A stretch of 45,721 nt of DNA from Candidatus Omnitrophota bacterium (GTDB taxonomy: Bacteria; Ratteibacteria; UBA8468; MWAK01). The translations under genes and the position numbers were made by a program. The stretch is taken from contig JAZDPL010000077.1 in NCBI GenBank assembly GCA_043797665.1, forward strand, positions 1 through 45,721, in the 5' to 3' direction. Positions within the stretch are counted from its first letter, which is position 1, and the number at the start of each line of letters is the position of its first letter. Below are positions 38,796-45,721 of the stretch, one piece after another. The notes beneath the pieces are model-generated. The model did no database searches. It saw nothing but the letters and a program-made list of their open reading frames with translations, and was not told where the DNA came from.

Positions 38796-40892
38796 TCAAG
38801 TAGCGGTCGGATTCATCTGAGTATTTACCAGAAAGATGTTGATTTCCGTCAGGACTTTTGCCGGTGTAATCTCTTTCCAGCAGGAAAATCCGGTGGGACA
38901 ATCGGTTTTGAGGCAGGGGCTGCAAGGAAAACCGGAGGAAATGATACGGTAAGGGGTCTGGTAAGGACCATACCGGCGCCAGTCGCCCGGTCCAAAGAGC
39001 ACCGCTACCGGACACTTGACCGCACTGGCTAAGTGGACCGTTCCGGTGTCGTTGGAAACAAGGAGTTTTGCACCGGAAAGGAGGGCGACTAATTGCGCCA
39101 GGGTGGTCTGACCGGAAAGGTTGATGAATTTAATGGAGAGGAATTGAACAAGTTGTTCCGCGAAGGGTACTTCATCCTTATCCCCTACTATTACAGAAGG
39201 CAGGCGGTATTTCTGCCAGATTAACTCAGTCAGTCGGGCAAACCCTTCTGGTGACCACCGCTTCTTATCCCAGCGGGCACCCGGATTTAAAACCACATAA
39301 TTATACTTTTCCAGACTAAACCGCAGGAACGTCTCTTCCAGCCAGGCATGGTCAATATTATTTTCCGGGAAATAGAGCGTTTTATCATCAGGCAAAGGCA
39401 AGAAATAACCCAACAACCTCTGCCACCGGTCTGCCTCGTGTTCTCCTTCCTTAGGGGTTGTCCCCTTAGGTCCAAAACAAGTCCGGAGATAGAAGTTTGC
39501 CTTCCTTTTGGCTCCACTCCTTATTCCGAAGATTGACTGCCGGAAATCAAAGATTAAACTGTATCTCTCCTGTTGGATACTTTTCAAAAATGACTCTTTT
39601 TCTCCTTTCCCTGACTTCTTGTCGTAGTAAAATATTTTGCGGAAATAGGGGTGGTTTTCAAAATAACCCGCAGACCTGCGGTCGGTAATGATGTCAATGC
39701 CCGCCATCGGGAAGTTTAGCCGAATTGCCCGGTAGGCGGGTGAAAGAATCAGGCTATCCCCTAAACAACTAACCCCCACCACTAAAATTTTCTCTTCCCG
39801 GAGAAGGGTGCCTGCCTTTTGACTTACCCTTTCTGTTTCCGCCAGGACTTTTTCCGGCATAATCTTAACTAAATCAGACACCATTTCCCTGGTAAGTTCT
39901 TCTAACGTGATAACATTGATATATCCTTCTTCCGATAAATCCTGTAAAGCCCGGTCAAAAACCAAAGGCCTTTTTCGCCTTCGTTCAACACGCAGAACGA
40001 CCGTCCTCCTGCCGGAACCGGCTGACTCGGAAACCATATTGATGCTGTCCTCAGTGGTCAAAATTATGTCCGCCTTTGCCAGAAATTCTGTGACCGGATT
40101 GGCCCTGGTTTCCCGGTACAGCACAAGATGGAACCGCGCCGAGTCACCTAACTTTCCTCTCAAAGCCTGCTCCACCTCTTTTGGAGTCCGGCGGCTGGTG
40201 GTGATATAAACCTCGGCGGGTAAGTTTTCCGCAATTTCAATCAAACGGGTGGCAAGTTCTTGAGCCCAATTTTTAGAAACTACGTAATTTTTGTCATTGC
40301 CGCCGATTAAGACCGCAATTCGGGTCGGATAAATCCGACCCCTACCAACCGAATCTGTAGGCGCGGGGTCCCCAATGTCAAATTGGGGGTTCCCTACCAT
40401 CAAGGTAGGGGCTTGATTTATCAAACCCGAAGGTTTTATCCGGTTGGTAGCACCTTTGATTACCATCATATTCGGAGCAGGAACATCTCTGCGGTGCCGC
40501 CAGAGGTCATGTTCCGGAATTACAATAAGGTCAAAAAGGGACAGCCGGATAAGGTCAGGCCAGAGTACCTGAATGCTATCAGCCAGAAACGCCCGGCTCA
40601 AAAGAAGGTTTATGGAAGACAGCCTTCCGCCGGCGGAAATTACCAGGCAGGGTTTTGGACATTTTGGTACTAATTCATTTTCTGTAAAAACGAGCGATTT
40701 AAGCAAAAAACGTATGGAGGAAAGAGACAAAAGAGGGGTCAGATTGGCAGTTAGGATTAGAATAAGACGCGGTAAAACCCCCAGGGAGGGAATCGTGATT
40801 ACTTCAATCTCTGCGGAAGGAATCCTTTCGGCAATTCCGACCGCCTGATTAAAGTTGCCCCGGTTACCATCGTCCAGAACAACAATCTTCAT
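38796..40892 (-). CDS. Fusion of an ELM1/GtrOC1-like domain and a GT9 heptosyltransferase-like domain
   Basis: N-terminal DG..G..NQ..G, FDLIVIPEHD, AVLIGG, TTSRRTP, TEDSINMVSE; C-terminal LGD, NPGARW..KRW, SNDTG.VHLA, LFGP. Confidence 0.8.
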   Translation of the reverse strand: MKIVVLDDGNRGNFNQAVGIAERIPSAEIEVITIPSLGVLPRLILILTANLTPLLSLSSIRFLLKSLVFTENELVPKCPKPCLVISAGGRLSSINLLLSRAFLADSIQVLWPDLIRLSLFDLIVIPEHDLWRHRRDVPAPNMMVIKGATNRIKPSGLINQAPTLMVGNPQFDIGDPAPTDSVGRGRIYPTRIAVLIGGNDKNYVVSKNWAQELATRLIEIAENLPAEVYITTSRRTPKEVEQALRGKLGDSARFHLVLYRETRANPVTEFLAKADIILTTEDSINMVSESAGSGRRTVVLRVERRRKRPLVFDRALQDLSEEGYINVITLEELTREMVSDLVKIMPEKVLAETERVSQKAGTLLREEKILVVGVSCLGDSLILSPAYRAIRLNFPMAGIDIITDRRSAGYFENHPYFRKIFYYDKKSGKGEKESFLKSIQQERYSLIFDFRQSIFGIRSGAKRKANFYLRTCFGPKGTTPKEGEHEADRWQRLLGYFLPLPDDKTLYFPENNIDHAWLEETFLRFSLEKYNYVVLNPGARWDKKRWSPEGFARLTELIWQKYRLPSVIVGDKDEVPFAEQLVQFLSIKFINLSGQTTLAQLVALLSGAKLLVSNDTGTVHLASAVKCPVAVLFGPGDWRRYGPYQTPYRIISSGFPCSPCLKTDCPTGFSCWKEITPAKVLTEINIFLVNTQMNPTAT
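39454..39465. mobile_element. 12-bp family A scar in the GT9 domain
   Basis: tta-ggggttgtcccc-tta; peptide KGTTP. Confidence 0.65.
40321..40429. repeat. Array of three GTAG REP units translated in-frame
   Basis: cgggtcggataaatccgacccctac and gtaggggcttgatttatcaaacccg are the two halves of family B, with a third GTAG..CTAC unit between. Confidence 0.85.
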
Positions 40893-42006
40893 TAAGGGCG
40901 TCTTTTAAAGCCTGGTTAATCCGGCTGATTTGGGATACGTCCATCCGGACTTTAACCTCAAGAGCCACTGCCCGGCTTAAATACTCTTCGGTCCGGGGAT
41001 AGACACCGGCACCAGTCAGTTCTCGGTTGACCTGATAATGCCAGTAGTTAAGGGTTGCCGGCGTAATACCGGATTTCTGGAGTCTTTCTTTTACTTTTTC
41101 CGCCTTCTCCGGCGTTGGTGCCAAAAAAGTTAAGAAAGTAGCACTATCCTCTCTGTCTGCCGGTAAAGACCGCCCACTAAATCCGGCGGGCAGATTTATG
41201 CCTTCCATCATCCGGGCCCGGTTGGCACGGAGAGAAACCAACATCTCCGGAAGTTTCTCTAATTGTGCCAGACCAAATGCAGCCAGAATTTCGGAAAGTC
41301 TGAAGTTGAAACCGGTTCCTTCTTTAGGTTCTTTGCCCCGCGGTAACGCTAAATTATGGATATGACCGTGGTCGTGGAAACGGTCTGCTCTCCGGTAAAT
41401 CTCGGCCTTGTCGGTAACTACCATCCCGCCTTCACCGCAGGTCAAAAGTTTAACCGAGTCAAAACTGAAAGCAGAGACATCGCCCAGCGTTCCTACAAAT
41501 TTACCTTTATATCTGGCGCCAATTGCCTGACAGGCATCTTCCAAAACAAAAAGTTTATGCTTACGGGCAATACCCAGAATCGCATCCATGTCTGCGGACG
41601 CACCCATCATATGAACCGGTATTATTCCCTGTGTCCGGACAGTAATCCGCTTCTCTAAATCGGTCGGGTCAATATTCAGGGAAGAATCTATCTCGGCCAG
41701 GACCGGCTTCGCACCGGATTCAATCACCGATTCCAGGGTAGCGATAAAGGTATAGGCGGGGACGATTACTTCCGCACCCGGTTGTAACTCAAGAGCCGCC
41801 AGTGCGGTTCTTAATGCGGCGGTGCCGGAAGAAACCGCCAGGGCATAGCCTGTGCCCAGGTAATCTTTAAAAGCCTGTTCAAAACGAAGGACGTATGATT
41901 GGCTTACTTCTTTGTCGCTGAATCCGTAGCGAAAAATGCGTTTTTTGCGGATAACGTCCAGAACCAGTTCTTCTTCCCGGCTATTAACCGTCTCTATTCC
42001 GCCCAT
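40864..42006 (-). CDS. DegT/DnrJ-family aminotransferase (KdnA-like)
   Basis: SSGTAAL, PVHMMG, EDACQA, FSFDSVK..TCGEGG, HDHGH, FNFRLSE. Confidence 0.85.
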   Translation of the reverse strand: MGGIETVNSREEELVLDVIRKKRIFRYGFSDKEVSQSYVLRFEQAFKDYLGTGYALAVSSGTAALRTALAALELQPGAEVIVPAYTFIATLESVIESGAKPVLAEIDSSLNIDPTDLEKRITVRTQGIIPVHMMGASADMDAILGIARKHKLFVLEDACQAIGARYKGKFVGTLGDVSAFSFDSVKLLTCGEGGMVVTDKAEIYRRADRFHDHGHIHNLALPRGKEPKEGTGFNFRLSEILAAFGLAQLEKLPEMLVSLRANRARMMEGINLPAGFSGRSLPADREDSATFLTFLAPTPEKAEKVKERLQKSGITPATLNYWHYQVNRELTGAGVYPRTEEYLSRAVALEVKVRMDVSQISRINQALKDALNEDCCSGRW

Positions 42007-42009
42007 AAT

Positions 42010-42573
42010 CTATAAGATGTACTTTAAGGCGCCCATAAGGTCCGGTGCGATATGGTCCGGTCTTATGGACCAGGACTCTGTCTCTTTAGCCATAATGGTC
42101 TTCCCGGAAAGAACCAGAATCGTAAGCAATCCCGCCTGCTGACCGGCGATGATGTCGGTCTCGCTGTCCCCGACCAGATAAGCGTAACTGTTTTTAATAT
42201 CTAATTTAAACTCGGCAGACGCTCTTTTGATTAAACCGGTTCTGGGTTTTCGGCAGAAACACCCATCTTCTTCCGTATGGGGACAGTAATAAGACGCCCA
42301 TACCTTTCCACCCGCGTCTGCAATCGCATCCACCATTTTATGGTTAATATCTTGAAGGGTTTGGTTGGTATAAAGACCCTTGCCTACGCCGGACTGGTTG
42401 GAAACGATAAAAACGACGGCACCGGCTTGATGAAGTATCCGTAACGCTTCTTTCGCACCGGGTAAAAATTTAAACTCGTCCCACGACTTGGTGTAGTCGT
42501 CGGCGTAAAACTGGCTGATGACACCGTCCCGGTCCAAAAAGACGATTAGGGGTTGCCTTACCGTTTGGTCCAC
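42010..42573 (-). CDS. gmhB: D-glycero-D-manno-heptose 1,7-bisphosphate phosphatase
   Basis: FLDRDGVI, SNQSGV, CPH....C.CRKP, VGDSETD. Confidence 0.88.
   Translation of the reverse strand: MDQTVRQPLIVFLDRDGVISQFYADDYTKSWDEFKFLPGAKEALRILHQAGAVVFIVSNQSGVGKGLYTNQTLQDINHKMVDAIADAGGKVWASYYCPHTEEDGCFCRKPRTGLIKRASAEFKLDIKNSYAYLVGDSETDIIAGQQAGLLTILVLSGKTIMAKETESWSIRPDHIAPDLMGALKYIL
42549..42557. mobile_element. Putative 9-bp family A scar at the rpsI stop / gmhB N-terminus
   Basis: tta-ggggttgcc-tta; the second TTA is the rpsI TAA stop. Confidence 0.5.
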
Positions 42574-42956
42574 TGGACGCCCCGCCGCGCGCCGCGAAAC
42601 CCGTACTTCTTCCGTTCTTTCATACGGGGGTCCCGGGTAAGCAGGTCTGCTTCGCGCAATTTGCTCCGGAGATCATTATCCAATTTTACCAGCGCCCGAC
42701 TGAGAGCCAACCGCACCGCCTCTGCCTGACCTTTCTTCCCTCCGCCGATAACCCTGGCTTTTACATCATATTTATCTGCGGTATCACTTATCAGAAACGG
42801 CCTCTTCAAATCTTCCTGAACTAAACTGTCAGGGAAATAGACTTCCAACGAACGTTCATTGACAGTAATCTTACCGGAACCTTTGAAAAGACACACGACC
42901 GCGCTGCTGGTCTTCCGTCCGCCGCTGGCGGTTACCAAAATTTTCGTAGTTTTCAT
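42558..42956 (-). CDS. rpsI: 30S ribosomal protein S9
   Basis: GGRKTSSA, GGGKKGQAEAVRL, LLTRDPRMKERKKYG...AR...QWTKR. Confidence 0.95.
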   Translation of the reverse strand: MKTTKILVTASGGRKTSSAVVCLFKGSGKITVNERSLEVYFPDSLVQEDLKRPFLISDTADKYDVKARVIGGGKKGQAEAVRLALSRALVKLDNDLRSKLREADLLTRDPRMKERKKYGFRGARRGVQWTKR

Positions 42957-42991
42957 AGAAAGTATAGAATACAATAAAACCTTTCCAAAAG

Positions 42992-45535
42992 TCAATCAAA
43001 TCCTATTTTTTTTACAAACCATCGTTTGACAAATTGCACGGATAGTAAATATGCCGCGACGATTACAAAAAGAACCGCGAAATAACCATTAGCCGGTGCC
43101 ACAAAACCAAAAGACTTTGCCAGCGGAGAAAACGGAATGATAAGTCCTATGGTTATTATAACGAGCGAGGTGAAAACAAGAAACCGGCTTGGCCAACTTT
43201 CCCTGAAAGGAATTTTCCCGGTGCGAATTATATGTATTATCAGGGTCTGGGTACATAGCGATTCCAGAAACCATCCGGTATGGAAAAGGGCTGCATTTGC
43301 ACGGAAAATAAAGAGCAATATGCCAAATGTGATAAAGTCAAAAACCGAACTGACCGGTCCGAAAATAACCATAAATTTCTTAATTGCTTGAATATTCCAG
43401 GGACGCGGTTTTAAAATATACTCATGGTCAACATTATCCGTGGAAATGGCTACCTGCGAAAGATCATAGAGAAAATTGTTCAAAAGAATCTGTATGGGAA
43501 GCATGGGTAAAAAAGGCAAAAACAGGCTGCCCCCGGTCATGCTGAACATGTTGCCGAAATTAGAACTCGAGCCCATCTTTATATATTTAACAATATTACC
43601 GAAAATTTTTCTTCCCTCCATAACGCCGTCTTCAAGTACCATAAGGCTTTTCTTGAGAAGTATTATATCGGCCGACTCTTTGGCAATATCTACGGCATTA
43701 TTGACGGAAATACCCACATCTGACGCCTTAAGCGCCGGCGCATCGTTTATACCGTCACCTAAGTATCCTACGGTGTGGTCATTTTTCTGCAGAGCCCTGA
43801 TTATTTTTTCTTTTTGCAGCGGTGACAATCTGGCAAAGACCGTGGTCTGCTCAACCAATTCCCGGAGTTCTTTATCCGAGAGTTTATCTATCTTATCTCC
43901 GGTGATAAGACCTTTGACATCAAGACCTACTTCACTGCAAATCTTTCTGGTAACCAGTTCGTTATCGCCGGTAAGTACTTTAAAATCTATGCCCAATTTT
44001 TTAAGCGCCAAAATCGCCCTTTGCGCCGTTGGTTTCGGCGGGTCGAGAAAAGATACGTATCCTTTAAGAATCATATCTTTTTCATCCTCTTTGGAATAAG
44101 CATCTTTTTTGTTCTCCATATCCTTATAGGCGACAGCCAGGACCCGGAATCCTTCCGCGCTGAGCCTGTCATATTCTTCTTTTAAATCAATAAGAATCAA
44201 ATCCTCCATATCAAAAATTTCGGACTCAAGTTCATAGCGGTTACATCTCCTGAATATCTCCTCAGGAGCGCCTTTAGAAATGAGAATATGTTTTCCGCTG
44301 GTCTCAACAACTACGGACATTATCTTTCTGGAAAAATCAAAAGGTATCTCATCGAATTTCTTGAATTCCCGGACGAGTAATTTTTTATATTTCAAGATAG
44401 CCCTATCCAATATATTCTTCAGTCCCGTTTGATAATAACTGTTAATATAGGCATCCCTCAGGACATCTTCATCTTCTTTTCTGACCACGTCGCAATGTTT
44501 TTCCAGAACGATTTTGTCTAAAGTAAGAGTGCCTGTTTTGTCGGTACAGAGCACGTCCATCGCGCCAAAGTTCTGAATAGAATTCAGATGCTTCACGATT
44601 ACCTCTTTTTTTGACATCGCTATGGCGCCTTTGGAAAGATTTATGGTTACAATCATCGGAAGCATCTGCGGGGTGAGGCCAACAGCCACACCTAAAGAAA
44701 AAAGCAGGGCCTGGGTAAATTCACGGCCACGCAAGGCATTGATGGCAAAGATAACCAGTACCATAACAAGCATAACCCGAATCATCAACCAGGTAAACCG
44801 GCGCATGCCTTTATCGAAACTCGTTTCTATTCTTATCGTGGCCAGTCTACGTGAGAGTTCCCCGAACTGCGTGGAAATACCCGTGACCACAACTACGCCG
44901 AGTGCTGTCCCGCTCACCACACTGGAACCCATAAAAGCGATATTGGTTAATTCCTGGATGGAACCATTTTTTTGTTGGATCGGATTGGCAAATTTCTCAA
45001 TGGGAAACGATTCGCCGGTTAAAGAAGACTGATTAATAAAAAGGTCCTTGCAGGAAACAATCTTTAAATCCGCGGGAATCATATCGCCGGCATATAAATC
45101 TACGATATCGCCGGGGACCAATTCTCTGACCTTGATTTCTTTTGACCGGCCGCCTCTTATAGTGGTTGAAGTCGTACGTACCATTTCACTTAACTTTTCC
45201 GCTTCCTTTCCGGCGTGATACTCCTGAATAAAAGATAAAAAGACACTCAGAACAGCCATTAAGCTAACCAGGAAGGCGCTAATTTTCTCCCCGAAAAAGA
45301 ACGAGAATCCGGCAATGACCAGGAGTACGATGACTAAAGGGTTAATAAATTTGGAAAGGATGAGAAAAAGGACGGTTTTTTTTCTTTTCTTTGCGGTCTC
45401 ATTGTAGCCGTATTCATCAAGGCGGGATTTTGCTTCTTCTTCCGAAAGTCCTTTAAAAGAAGTATTTAATTTTCTTAGAACATCTTCAACGGAGTCCCGG
45501 GCATAATCTAACAGAATTTTCGGCTCTTTATTCAT
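42992..45535 (-). CDS. mgtA: Mg2+-importing P-type ATPase
   Basis: LTGES, AVGLTPQMLP, CTDKTGTLT, KGAPEE, LTGDN, GDGINDAP, SSNFGNMFS, FHTGWFLES. Confidence 0.93.
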   Translation of the reverse strand: MNKEPKILLDYARDSVEDVLRKLNTSFKGLSEEEAKSRLDEYGYNETAKKRKKTVLFLILSKFINPLVIVLLVIAGFSFFFGEKISAFLVSLMAVLSVFLSFIQEYHAGKEAEKLSEMVRTTSTTIRGGRSKEIKVRELVPGDIVDLYAGDMIPADLKIVSCKDLFINQSSLTGESFPIEKFANPIQQKNGSIQELTNIAFMGSSVVSGTALGVVVVTGISTQFGELSRRLATIRIETSFDKGMRRFTWLMIRVMLVMVLVIFAINALRGREFTQALLFSLGVAVGLTPQMLPMIVTINLSKGAIAMSKKEVIVKHLNSIQNFGAMDVLCTDKTGTLTLDKIVLEKHCDVVRKEDEDVLRDAYINSYYQTGLKNILDRAILKYKKLLVREFKKFDEIPFDFSRKIMSVVVETSGKHILISKGAPEEIFRRCNRYELESEIFDMEDLILIDLKEEYDRLSAEGFRVLAVAYKDMENKKDAYSKEDEKDMILKGYVSFLDPPKPTAQRAILALKKLGIDFKVLTGDNELVTRKICSEVGLDVKGLITGDKIDKLSDKELRELVEQTTVFARLSPLQKEKIIRALQKNDHTVGYLGDGINDAPALKASDVGISVNNAVDIAKESADIILLKKSLMVLEDGVMEGRKIFGNIVKYIKMGSSSNFGNMFSMTGGSLFLPFLPMLPIQILLNNFLYDLSQVAISTDNVDHEYILKPRPWNIQAIKKFMVIFGPVSSVFDFITFGILLFIFRANAALFHTGWFLESLCTQTLIIHIIRTGKIPFRESWPSRFLVFTSLVIITIGLIIPFSPLAKSFGFVAPANGYFAVLFVIVAAYLLSVQFVKRWFVKKIGFD

Positions 45536-45567
45536 AATAAAGTCTCAAAACAACCCCAAAGACATCT

Positions 45568-45681
45568 TTATGATACCTGGAAAAAGCGTGAAAAATGATA
45601 CCTAAAATCAGAAAACCGCGAAAACATTGGGAATTCCAGAGTCTCATTTCTACAATTTTCAGCAAATGGACAAAAAATCAT
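45568..45681 (-). CDS. Possible 37-aa leader peptide upstream of mgtA
   Basis: AAAGGTGA SD, ATG 45681, TAA 45568; ends 32 nt before mgtA. Confidence 0.3.
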   Translation of the reverse strand: MIFCPFAENCRNETLEFPMFSRFSDFRYHFSRFFQVS

Positions 45682-45721
45682 AGAGATTTCACCTTTAAAA
45701 AATATTAATACAAGCGATTAA

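Noticed and set aside
43476..45032. Long antisense ORFs opposite mgtA and other genes
   Set aside because: Shadow frames of well-supported genes with no recognisable motifs.
45536..45721. M-box (ykoK) riboswitch upstream of mgtA
   Set aside because: The conserved GTTAGGTGAGGCTCCT core is not seen in the available sequence.

Overview
A bacterial chromosomal segment of about 47 mostly minus-strand housekeeping genes. It covers the end of a polysaccharide locus (sulfatase, fcl, KdsC-like) bracketed by two toxin-antitoxin pairs, then prfB, folC/ddl/murB/truA/asd, queF plus a RACo/ASKHA protein, nusB and glycosyltransferases. Next come a long sulfur/biotin run (Rrf2-porin-PstS-like, bioBFCDA, two-component pair, C1 peptidase, metY, cysK, ThiI-like, metX, metW), hcp, LPS core genes, rpsI and mgtA. 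No transposase, rRNA, tRNA or CRISPR array was seen. The notable content is a dense set of small non-autonomous palindromic elements. (A) A 273-bp MITE-like element (TIR GGGG[C/T]TG..., TTA flanks) is inserted in-frame in metX and a hypothetical gene, adding 92 aa. It also appears as a graded series of in-frame remnants (48, 12, 12, 9, 9 bp) in other genes. (D) A 27-30 bp hairpin micro-element is found six times, always inside another repeat. (G) Two ~200-bp nested hairpins lie directly upstream of bioA and bioB, with cores inverted relative to each other. Several REP/RPE-like families are also translated inside fcl, folC and a glycosyltransferase fusion. All calls come from reading the sequence; no database searches were run.
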